From: Bacteroidetes bacterium HGW-Bacteroidetes-4
GTDB taxonomy: Bacteria > Bacteroidota > Bacteroidia > Bacteroidales > SZUA-534
Direction: 5' to 3'
NCBI GenBank assembly: GCA_002840905.1
Contig: PHDD01000006.1
Span: 8,910-72,909, forward strand
Length of the DNA stretch: 64,000 nt
The notes under the pieces are model-generated. The model was not told where the DNA came from and made no database searches. It saw only the letters and a program-made list of their open reading frames with translations. Made by a program: the position numbers and the translations under genes. Positions 30,872-39,453 of the stretch are shown here, one piece after another (position 1 is the first letter of the stretch; each line of letters opens with the position of its first letter).

Positions 30872-33800
30872 ATCCCGGAAGTGGCTGGCCGGTAGCCGGA
30901 GTTAGCAACGCTACCGCTGACAGAACTTTGGTACGTAAAGCACCCATTGAAATTGGCACTACCGACTGGGCCCTTTCTGCCGGAACCAACACCGATGATT
31001 CCCAATGGCTGGTTTACCCACAGGACGAGGTTTCTTACCTGGGTTCACACGTTCAGGCACCCGACACCGAAGGTCCGGTGGTTGTTTTTGAACCCTTAAA
31101 CAATGCAAGCGATGTGTTTGTGAATGTGCATCCTACACTCACCTTTAACGAGAATGTGTTCGATGCCAGCGGCCTGGCCTTTGCCGATGGAGCTGATGTC
31201 AGCTCCCTGCTTGAGTGCTACGAAACAGCTTCTCCGGCAAATACCGTAGCGTTTACCGCTACAATCAGCGGAAGGATAATTACGGTGATTCCCGATGCTG
31301 CTTTGGCAAACAACACACAATATACCCTGTTATTAAAAGCCGATGCGGTTCAGGATAAGGCCGGAAACCCTAACCTCAGCACACAGGCAAGCTTTACCAC
31401 CATCGACGCTTCGGTACAAAGCCTAAGCCTGACTTATCCGGTCGGTGGCGAAGTATTCTATGCCGGCGACGAAGTTACCCTGACCTGGAACGCAGCGAAC
31501 ATAGCAAATATTAATGTTGAGGTTTATGTACCCCGTTTCAACGTGTGGACCGAACTATTGGCATCGACCGACGCTACTACCGGTAGTGTTGCCTTAACCG
31601 TGGGCGCCGACAGCTATTATGGAAACACCTATAAAATACGCATCAGTGATGCATTAAACGCGGCTACGAATTCAGTTAGCAACGACTTTGAAATAATTGC
31701 TGTTCCTCAAACACTGGCCGCATTGCGCAGTCAGGGTAGTGGAGCCAAAGTTAAGTTTGCCGGCAATGCAACTGTAACCATGGTACAAAGTTATCGCAAC
31801 CAGAAATTTATTCAGGATGCTTCGGCCGCAGTCCTTATCGACGATGTGGCGGGTAAAATTACTTCAGCCTATGCCATTGGAGCTAATATGAGTGGTATTG
31901 AAGGCTCGCTAACGGAATATGGAGGCATGTTACAGCTGATACCCTCGGCCGATCCGGGCGTAAGTTCGGGTGACGGAACCGAAATTATTCCCGAAGTGGT
32001 AACTATGGAAGCCTTTACTTCTGATTTTGAAGCCTATGAAGCAGAATTACTTACTTTTGAAGGCGTAACATTTAGCCAGGCCGATGGCAGCATGACATTT
32101 GCCACAGGAACCAGCTATACAATGAGCGATCAGATAAATACAGGCAACTTCTACACTAATTTCTACGATGCCGATTATATCGGAACGATATTGCCGGAAA
32201 CCACCGGAAACATTAGCGGGATTGCACATAGCAGAACCACTGGAAATTATATTACCGCGCGTTTTGCTGCTGATCTGTCGTTCCCGTCGAATGATGCCAG
32301 CCTGAGTGCAATAACCCTTGATGGTTCTCCATTGGATGGTTTTGATCCTTCCGTATTATCTTATTCGGTTAGCTTGCCGTCAGGTACTACCGAAGTCCCT
32401 GTGCTTGTTGCCACAGCCAATGATGCAAATGCAAGCATCGAGATTAATGAAGCCACAAGTTTACCGGGAACCACAAGCGTTAAAGTTACGGCACAAGACG
32501 GTGTAAGTCAGCAAACCTATACCGTACAGTTTACAGTTACTCCTTACCATACCGACGCTACTCTTAGTAGCTTAAGCTACAACGGCACGGCTGTGGAAGG
32601 TTTTGCTGCAAACCAGTATGAATATTCGGTGGTGCTGCCCTACGGAACCACAATGGTACCGGTAATCGCAGCAGTGGCTGCCGACTCTAAGGCCAATGTT
32701 GTGCTTACCCAGGCTCCTCAGTTACCAGGCGACGCTTCGGTAAAAGTAACTGCCGAAGACATGGTAACCACACTTACCTACACCATCCATTTTAGTGTAG
32801 CTTTAAATACCGATGCTACATTAAGTGATATTCTCGTTGACGGACAATCGCTGACCGGATTTGTTCCGGGTACCCTGGAGTATGTCCTTCCCGTTTCTAA
32901 CGAAAGCGTTCCAGAGGTAACTGCCGTGGCCAATGATGCCAAAGCTTCCGTTGATATCGTTCAGGCTACAGCGGTTCCCGGATCTGCAAGTATTCAGGTA
33001 ACAGCCGAGGACAATTCCACCATACTTACTTACAAAGTTTCCTTTGTGGATGCGTCTTTAGGTCACGATGCCAGTTTAAGCAGTATAAGTGTCGATGAAG
33101 TTCCTCTGGCAACTTTTGCTGCCGATGTTTTTGTATACGAGTTTGAGCTACCTTATGGAACGACCACTATACCCGAAGTTAATGCTACAGCTACCGATGC
33201 CAATGCCAGTCTGGAAATTACTCAGGCTACCCAATTGCCCGGAGATGCAACGGTACTTGTTACGGCTGAAGACGGGGGAACACAACAAACCTATACGGTT
33301 AAGTTCAGTGTGGCACCGAATAACGACGCTACCTTACACGGAATTACGGTGAATGGTGAAGCAATAAGCAGTTTCGACGCCAATACTTTTGACTATCAGG
33401 TAATCCTGCCTTACGGAACAACAGACTTACCTTTAGTGGAAGCCAGTTCGACCGATTTAAATGCATTGGTCGACATAACACAGGTCGAAGCCCTACCAGG
33501 CACAGCAAGCATTCTGGTAACCGCAGCGGATGGTCAAACACGGTTAACTTATACGGTAAGCTTTACTTTGGCGCCGAATAGCGATGCAACCTTAAGTATT
33601 TTGAGGGTTGACGAGGTATTGCTCGAAGATTTTGATGCAACTAAGCTTAGCTATAAAGTGGAATTGCCCAATGGCACCACCACGATTCCTGTAGTTTCGG
33701 CCACAGCCAGTGATGTCAAAGCTTTGGTTGATGTTGTTCAGGCAACGGAACTTCCGGGTACGGCCGTAATTACAGTTACCGCCGAAGATGGCGAAACACA

Positions 33801-34338
33801 GTTGGTTTATACCGTTGAATTTACCCTTCGGGTGAATGAAACCTATTCAGTTACTTTTAACGTTTATGATGAAGATGGAAATTCGGTTGAAGGAGCTGAG
33901 GTGTTGTTTAATAGCGAATCAAAGTTCACCGATGTAGCCGGTAAAGCCGTTTATACCGAAATAATGCCCGTAAGTGAAGCCCCTTTTAGCATCAGTAAGC
34001 CGGAGGCTTTTGAGGAGTATCAGGGTACGCTCTCGGTGGTTGATGCCGACCTTACCGTGGATATAGTACTGCTTTATGTAGGAATAAACACAGAGAGAGC
34101 TTTGGTAAGCAGTATTTATCCAAACCCAAGTCAGGGTGAATTTACCATACTATTACATCAGGTAATTCAGGGTACAGCAATGACAATTACCGATTTAAGA
34201 GGAATTGTTATTGTGCAAACCGAATTAAATCAGCTTGAAAACCGGATTGTTTTTTCGAATGCTAAAGCAGGGGTTTATATCTTGAGAATACAATCACCCG
34301 AACATCTGTTCAAAGAACAAATAATACTTGCAAAATAG
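30790..34338 (+). CDS. Adhesin fragment 3: C-half of LTD-like module 2, Big_5-like domain, six tandem cadherin-like repeats, CarboxypepD_reg-like domain, T9SS C-terminal sorting domain
   Basis: [22 protein letters not shown], repeated (N/H)xDA(T/S)LS...LPYGTT...VTAEDG modules, and a C-terminal SIYPNPSQGEFTILL...GVYILRIQ type-A CTD. No signal peptide. Confidence 0.7.
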   Translation: MANFNGDDAVGLFKNDILIDVIGNVGVDPGSGWPVAGVSNATADRTLVRKAPIEIGTTDWALSAGTNTDDSQWLVYPQDEVSYLGSHVQAPDTEGPVVVFEPLNNASDVFVNVHPTLTFNENVFDASGLAFADGADVSSLLECYETASPANTVAFTATISGRIITVIPDAALANNTQYTLLLKADAVQDKAGNPNLSTQASFTTIDASVQSLSLTYPVGGEVFYAGDEVTLTWNAANIANINVEVYVPRFNVWTELLASTDATTGSVALTVGADSYYGNTYKIRISDALNAATNSVSNDFEIIAVPQTLAALRSQGSGAKVKFAGNATVTMVQSYRNQKFIQDASAAVLIDDVAGKITSAYAIGANMSGIEGSLTEYGGMLQLIPSADPGVSSGDGTEIIPEVVTMEAFTSDFEAYEAELLTFEGVTFSQADGSMTFATGTSYTMSDQINTGNFYTNFYDADYIGTILPETTGNISGIAHSRTTGNYITARFAADLSFPSNDASLSAITLDGSPLDGFDPSVLSYSVSLPSGTTEVPVLVATANDANASIEINEATSLPGTTSVKVTAQDGVSQQTYTVQFTVTPYHTDATLSSLSYNGTAVEGFAANQYEYSVVLPYGTTMVPVIAAVAADSKANVVLTQAPQLPGDASVKVTAEDMVTTLTYTIHFSVALNTDATLSDILVDGQSLTGFVPGTLEYVLPVSNESVPEVTAVANDAKASVDIVQATAVPGSASIQVTAEDNSTILTYKVSFVDASLGHDASLSSISVDEVPLATFAADVFVYEFELPYGTTTIPEVNATATDANASLEITQATQLPGDATVLVTAEDGGTQQTYTVKFSVAPNNDATLHGITVNGEAISSFDANTFDYQVILPYGTTDLPLVEASSTDLNALVDITQVEALPGTASILVTAADGQTRLTYTVSFTLAPNSDATLSILRVDEVLLEDFDATKLSYKVELPNGTTTIPVVSATASDVKALVDVVQATELPGTAVITVTAEDGETQLVYTVEFTLRVNETYSVTFNVYDEDGNSVEGAEVLFNSESKFTDVAGKAVYTEIMPVSEAPFSISKPEAFEEYQGTLSVVDADLTVDIVLLYVGINTERALVSSIYPNPSQGEFTILLHQVIQGTAMTITDLRGIVIVQTELNQLENRIVFSNAKAGVYILRIQSPEHLFKEQIILAK
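32289..33828 (+). repeat. Six tandem ~257 nt (about 85 aa) cadherin-like beta-sandwich coding repeats
   Basis: Six consecutive modules begin NDASLSAITLDG, TDATLSSLSYNG, TDATLSDILVDG, HDASLSSISVDE, NDATLHGITVNG and SDATLSILRVDE. Each ends in TY(T/K)V.F(S/T)(V/L). Confidence 0.85.
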
Positions 34339-34358
34339 TTTTTTAAATATTGAGAAGG

Positions 34359-34387
34359 AGGCCGGTTTTTTTGAACCGGCCTTTTTT
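34359..34387 (+). terminator. Rho-independent terminator after the adhesin gene
   Basis: aggccggtt tttttg aaccggcct followed by a T-run. Confidence 0.8.
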
Positions 34388-34501
34388 GTTTTTTCGAAAA
34401 TGAGTGGCTTCTTTACGTTTTATTATAGCGCAACACATAACGGTATTTTGGTTGGTTTTTTAAATATTCTTCAATAATTTTAATGCCTTCTACAAAAAAA
34501 T

Positions 34502-34509
34502 TATCTTTG
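34502..34509 (+). promoter_or_regulatory. -7 box TATCTTTG
   Basis: TAnnTTTG match 17 nt upstream of the ATG at 34526. Confidence 0.4.
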
Positions 34510-34525
34510 AGAAAAACCTACACTT

Positions 34526-36043
34526 ATGCCGATATTAAAGGGGATTGTTAGCTGGCTTACCATCAAAAGGATGAACGAAATCGATTTGTTTCGGCAGTAT
34601 CCGGGTAACGTACAGCACGATGTAATGATGAGTCTTATTGAAGCAGCGCGTGAAACGGAATGGGGTAAAATTCATGATTTTGATACCATAGTAACCTATG
34701 ATGATTTTAAATCGCGGGTTCCGCTACAGGATTACGATCAGATTAAACCCTACGTGGAGCGTTTGCGTGCCGGGGAAAAAAACCTGCTTTGGCCGGGAGA
34801 GATTAAATGGTTTGCCAAGAGTAGTGGAACCACCAGCGATAAAAGTAAGTTTATTCCGGTAACCCAGGAGGCCATTGAGCTATCTCATTTGCGCGGTGGA
34901 AAAGACGTGATGTACATCAATGAGCATCTGTATCCCGAAAATCGTGTGCTTAAGGGCAAGGGCCTGATAATCGGAGGAAGTCATAAAATTAACAACTTTA
35001 ATAACGAATCGTATTTTGGTGATTTGTCGGCCATTTTAATTGAGAATATTCCTTTTTATGCTGAGTTTTTTCGAACGCCCAAAGCATCCATTGCATTATT
35101 GGACAATTGGGAAGAAAAACTTGAGCAAATGGCGCATGCTACTATAAAGGAAAATGTGACCAACATATCGGGAGTTCCTTCATGGACCCTGGTTTTAATA
35201 AAACGGATACTGGAAATTACCGGGGCAAAAAACATAATGGAAGTCTGGCCGAATCTGGAGTTGTTTATACATGGCGGAGTAAGTTTTACTCCGTACCGCT
35301 CGCAATACCAGCAATTGATTCCCAATTCTGAGATGCATTACATGGAAACCTACAACGCATCAGAGGGTTTTTTTGGAATTCAGGACGACCCCAACGATCC
35401 GGCAATGATGCTTATGCTTGATTATGGAATTTTTTATGAATTTATTCCCATGTCGGAATTTTCTAATCCCAATCCATCCACATTGCGCATAAGCGAGGTA
35501 AAGACAGGGGAGAATTATGCTGTGGTTATATCGACCAATGGTGGACTATGGCGCTATATTATTGGCGACACGGTTCAGTTTACCAGTACCTACCCCCATA
35601 AATTTCTGATAACCGGAAGAACACGTCATTTTATCAATGCTTTTGGCGAAGAATTGATTGTTGATAATGCTGAAAAAGCCTTGAAAGCAGCCTGTGCTAA
35701 AAGCTGCGCCGAAATTAACGAATATACTGCAGCCCCGGTTTATATGGAGTTAAATAAACAAGGAGCCCACGAATGGTTGATTGAGTTTGAGAAAGAACCT
35801 TCTGATATGGATTACTTTACCTACATGCTCGATGAAGCCCTGAAGTCGGTAAATTCAGATTACGAAGCCAAACGCTTTAAAAATTATACGCTTGATATGC
35901 CTATAGTTCATAGTGTTGAGAAAGGAACCTTTCACAAATGGCTGCAATTAAAGGGTAAACTGGGAGGACAACATAAAATTCCCCGACTGTCGAACAATCG
36001 CGATTTTGTTGATGAAATACTTAAGATTATTAAAAACAAGTAG
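34526..36043 (+). CDS. GH3-family (acyl-acid amido synthetase-like) adenylating enzyme
   Basis: FAKSSGTTSDKSKFIPVT motif and an overall length and pattern typical of the bacterial 'GH3 auxin-responsive promoter' family. Confidence 0.8.
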   Translation: MPILKGIVSWLTIKRMNEIDLFRQYPGNVQHDVMMSLIEAARETEWGKIHDFDTIVTYDDFKSRVPLQDYDQIKPYVERLRAGEKNLLWPGEIKWFAKSSGTTSDKSKFIPVTQEAIELSHLRGGKDVMYINEHLYPENRVLKGKGLIIGGSHKINNFNNESYFGDLSAILIENIPFYAEFFRTPKASIALLDNWEEKLEQMAHATIKENVTNISGVPSWTLVLIKRILEITGAKNIMEVWPNLELFIHGGVSFTPYRSQYQQLIPNSEMHYMETYNASEGFFGIQDDPNDPAMMLMLDYGIFYEFIPMSEFSNPNPSTLRISEVKTGENYAVVISTNGGLWRYIIGDTVQFTSTYPHKFLITGRTRHFINAFGEELIVDNAEKALKAACAKSCAEINEYTAAPVYMELNKQGAHEWLIEFEKEPSDMDYFTYMLDEALKSVNSDYEAKRFKNYTLDMPIVHSVEKGTFHKWLQLKGKLGGQHKIPRLSNNRDFVDEILKIIKNK

Positions 36044-36826
36044 TTGAAAAACATTATAATAATAGTTAATTTTATTCTAAGCTCTTTATTTATTACAAGA
36101 GCTCAGACGATGGTTGAAATTAACCAAAAAGCGCAACAGGTTGTATTTGATGCGTTGGGAAATTTATACCTTATTAATGATGTAGAGTTGTTCAAATACA
36201 ATGCTTCAGGATTGTTGGTAAACCGCTTTAGTTGGTCGCTAAACGGAACCATTCATTCGGTTGATGTGGCCAATGTGATGCAGGTACTGGTTTTTTATAA
36301 GGAAGCTGGTCTGGTAAGTTTTTTAGATAGGGAGTTGGTTCAATTATCTGATCCATTTGAAACCTACGCTGTATTTGGTTCCGAAATTTCCCGGGTTTGT
36401 GCTTCATCGAGTGGTGGATTTTGGGCCTATAGTCCGGAACAGCAAAAACTTTTTAGGGTAAACGACCAAAGAAAAATTCTTGTAGAAACACAGCCTTTAA
36501 ACCAGTGGATTGGTAAAAATAATGTAAATGCAATTTATGAGAACAATCAAAAAGTTTATCTGAACTGTCAAAACAAGCTACTGGTTTTCGATTTGTTTGG
36601 GGCCTACCTTAGTACCATTCATCGTGAAAACATTCAACGGGTCTTTTTTTCAGAAAAGCATTTGATAATATACGACGGATCCCGGCTTTACCAAATGCAA
36701 GCGCCCTTTTTACAGCAACAGGATCAACTTATTACCCTTCCAACAACAAGCATTGATCTTGCCTGGAAAAAAAATAATATTGCCATATTAACAGAAGATA
36801 AAGTGCTTATATATAATAATAAATAG
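36044..36826 (+). CDS. Hypothetical secreted protein
   Basis: N-terminal signal-like segment. The TTG start abuts the GH3 stop. No family recognised. Confidence 0.45.
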   Translation: MKNIIIIVNFILSSLFITRAQTMVEINQKAQQVVFDALGNLYLINDVELFKYNASGLLVNRFSWSLNGTIHSVDVANVMQVLVFYKEAGLVSFLDRELVQLSDPFETYAVFGSEISRVCASSSGGFWAYSPEQQKLFRVNDQRKILVETQPLNQWIGKNNVNAIYENNQKVYLNCQNKLLVFDLFGAYLSTIHRENIQRVFFSEKHLIIYDGSRLYQMQAPFLQQQDQLITLPTTSIDLAWKKNNIAILTEDKVLIYNNK

Positions 36827-36846
36827 TATTTATTAAAAGTAATACT

Positions 36847-37509
36847 ATGTGTAATTTCGAATTTTCAGCCATCAATACCATTGTGTGGGATTGGAATGGA
36901 ACCCTGCTTGACGACCGGGAAATTTGTATTCAATCCATGAATGATTTGCTGCACGAACGGGGTTTGCCCCTGTTAACCCGGGAGCACTATTTAAAGGTTT
37001 TTAATTTTCCCGTTAAAGATTATTATCAGGCATTGGGGTTTGATTTTGAGCACGAGCCTTTTGATGTACCCGCGTTGCAGTTCATGGATAATTACCACCG
37101 ACGGTTACCCAAGGCGCTTTTATTTAACGAAGTTAAAGCAACCCTTGCTTTTTTGAAGGAGCGGGGTTATAAGCAGGTGGTATTATCGGCCATGGAGCAA
37201 AAAAGTTTGGTGCATTCGATTCGTAAGCTGGGCATATTCGATTATTTTGAGGCGATTGCCGGAATTGAAGATCATTTTGCGCATGGAAAAATTCACCGGG
37301 GAAAATTACTTTTTGAAAAGCTTGTTTTAAGCAGTAAAAATTGTTTATTGATTGGAGATACTCTTCATGATAAGGAAGTTGCCTCGGAATTGGGCTGTTC
37401 TTGTGTTTTGGTGGCAAATGGTCATCAATCGAGGGAGCGATTAATGGTAAATGGAAATGTAGTGGTTTCTTCGCTAAAGGAATTAGTTGCTCTATTACCC
37501 AAAGTGTAA
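36847..37509 (+). CDS. HAD-superfamily hydrolase (phosphoglycolate phosphatase-like)
   Basis: Motif I in the variant form WDWNGTLLDD. Motif IV GDTLHD. Confidence 0.85.
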   Translation: MCNFEFSAINTIVWDWNGTLLDDREICIQSMNDLLHERGLPLLTREHYLKVFNFPVKDYYQALGFDFEHEPFDVPALQFMDNYHRRLPKALLFNEVKATLAFLKERGYKQVVLSAMEQKSLVHSIRKLGIFDYFEAIAGIEDHFAHGKIHRGKLLFEKLVLSSKNCLLIGDTLHDKEVASELGCSCVLVANGHQSRERLMVNGNVVVSSLKELVALLPKV

Positions 37510-37559
37510 GTTTAGTTAAATGAGCACATATATAATATAATCAGAAGTATAACACATCG

Positions 37560-38258
37560 TTACTCAAACAAATCTTCTTTGGGAACATAGCCTTTCTTTT
37601 CTTCTTTTGTAGCTTGTGGAATTATGTGCCAGAGTATTCCAAAAGTACCACCCACTTCGCTTAATCTGGAAGCCTGAATACCATTGGGCCTGTCGATAAA
37701 AATATCGCGCCCTCCGGCCATTTGTAAATCATAGCGGGCTTCACCAAAAATAGCCAGTCGTCGGTTAATATTATAGCGCAAACCCACGGCTACTTTTATT
37801 CCAAAATCGAGGATTCGGATTTCCTGAGTATAGTGATCGAATTCGTTCGGATGATTATAGTTGTGATTTTCTGTAGATTCCGATAATTTAAATGCCAGGT
37901 AAGGACCTGCAAGAATCACGGGACGAACAGCACCCTGGCCAATTTCAAAATGACTGAAAAAGGGAATCTCCAGATAAGTAATTTTTCGGCTAAAGTAAGC
38001 ATCCGGAATAGTATCCACTTCGCGCCAGCCTTTTTGTGCCAATGAAAACTCCATTTGCAGTCCATTGTTTAGTTTATTGTTGAAGGCAATAACAAAGGCC
38101 GTATTGGGCAGCCAAAAATCAGACTGAAGTTGTTCAAGTCCCGGTGGTTCCAGATGAATGCCGTGGTTTCCATAGCCCTGACGAACACCAATAGAAAGTT
38201 GGGCATGTACAAGAGAGGTTGTGAAAACTAAAACCAATAAAATAAGGGTGCGATTCAT
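37560..38258 (-). CDS. Outer-membrane beta-barrel protein (OMP_b-brl_2 / PorT-like size class)
   Basis: Signal peptide, alternating amphipathic strands, and a C-terminal aromatic residue pattern. Confidence 0.65.
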   Translation of the reverse strand: MNRTLILLVLVFTTSLVHAQLSIGVRQGYGNHGIHLEPPGLEQLQSDFWLPNTAFVIAFNNKLNNGLQMEFSLAQKGWREVDTIPDAYFSRKITYLEIPFFSHFEIGQGAVRPVILAGPYLAFKLSESTENHNYNHPNEFDHYTQEIRILDFGIKVAVGLRYNINRRLAIFGEARYDLQMAGGRDIFIDRPNGIQASRLSEVGGTFGILWHIIPQATKEEKKGYVPKEDLFE

Positions 38259-38360
38259 GAACCGATAATTTTAGGGTTCAAAACTAACCATTTTTAAACT
38301 ATTTATTTTCATCTGACAAAGAAATATACCGGCAACTACTTTTGAATGTACTTACAAACA

Positions 38361-39389
38361 CTAAAACCAGGTTTGTTTTAATCCCTCCGTACAGTTTTTA
38401 CACATTTCAATAGGGTTGTCTTTGCTCCATACGGTTTTTATAAACCGATCTGCGCTTTCCCCTTTCCAAAGATTTTTCAGGTTACCTTCCCCTTCTGATA
38501 ATTTTCCGTAAGGGTATTTGGCATCTTTGTCAAAACAACAGGGAATTAGACGGTTGTCGGCAGTTAGTACGGCACCATTCCAGGCTCTTTTGCATTTTAC
38601 CCGGTTGTTTTTATTAAGGAAATAAGTTCCTGATGCGCTTTTTTTATATCGGTTATACCGTTTGTTTTCAGGCATTAAGGGGTGTCCGTTTTCGAAATCC
38701 TCAAGTTGCGGACTTTTCAACTTTAACGCATCAACCTGTAGTTTCTTTGCCAGTTGTTTTATTTCAGGAATCTGGTGTTCGTTGGTCTTAAAAACAACAA
38801 ACTGGATGATAACAGCAGGCGTTCTTTTCTTTCGATGTTTTTTTGCGGCAATCAGATTCTTGATTCCGGTCAAGGCTAAAGACAGGCTTCCGCCCACTCT
38901 ATATTTTTCATAGCTTTCCTGAGTTGTGCCGTCGATGGAAACGATGAGTCGTTGAAGACCCGAATCAACAAGTTTTAAGCAATTTTCCGGAGTCAAAAAC
39001 TGGCCGTTGGTCGATGTGGCCGTATAAATACGGTGTTTAGTAGCGTAATGAATGTATTGGTATATTTTTGGATGTAAAAAAGGTTCGCCCTGAAAGTACA
39101 ATTGAAGAAAAGCCAGGTAGTTTTTGTTTTTGTCAATCAGGTTGCGATAGGATGTTTCTGATAAAAAAAGTCGGGGGCGAGTCAAGCCGTTGTTTCCCGA
39201 CGGACATTCCGGGCATTTTAAGTTGCAAAGGTTTGTGGGCTCAATACTGAGCGATTCGGGTAAGCCCCAGCGTATAATGCTTCCGCTGATTCGCGACAGG
39301 AAATAGCTGAGACGCAGCAGCGTTCCGTTTAACACCTTTCTAATCGTTAGGGTTTTGCAAAACTGATAGGTATCGTAAAAGCTAATCAT
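38361..39389 (-). CDS. Radical SAM protein with Cys-rich C-terminal (SPASM/twitch-like) extension
   Basis: CNLKCPEC (Cx3Cx2C) and C-terminal cysteines CKRAW...PCCFDKD...CKNC. Confidence 0.85.
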   Translation of the reverse strand: MISFYDTYQFCKTLTIRKVLNGTLLRLSYFLSRISGSIIRWGLPESLSIEPTNLCNLKCPECPSGNNGLTRPRLFLSETSYRNLIDKNKNYLAFLQLYFQGEPFLHPKIYQYIHYATKHRIYTATSTNGQFLTPENCLKLVDSGLQRLIVSIDGTTQESYEKYRVGGSLSLALTGIKNLIAAKKHRKKRTPAVIIQFVVFKTNEHQIPEIKQLAKKLQVDALKLKSPQLEDFENGHPLMPENKRYNRYKKSASGTYFLNKNNRVKCKRAWNGAVLTADNRLIPCCFDKDAKYPYGKLSEGEGNLKNLWKGESADRFIKTVWSKDNPIEMCKNCTEGLKQTWF

Positions 39390-39397
39390 GTGTGGAA

Positions 39398-39431
39398 TAA
39401 AAAAACCTAAGGATAATGCACCCTTAGGTTT
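39398..39431 (-). terminator. Terminator after the OmpA-family gene
   Basis: Minus strand: aaacctaagg gtgcattat ccttaggttt followed by a T-run. Confidence 0.6.
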
Positions 39432-39453
39432 ATTATCAATTGTCAGCGGTATC

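Larger units (their letters stand above)
27391..34338 (+). pseudogene. Giant T9SS-secreted multi-domain adhesin-like gene, interrupted by two frame disruptions (or sequence errors)
   Basis: One signal peptide at the 5' end and one T9SS C-terminal sorting domain at the 3' end. The two ORF junctions each fall inside an LTD-like module whose halves lie in different frames. Confidence 0.65.
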
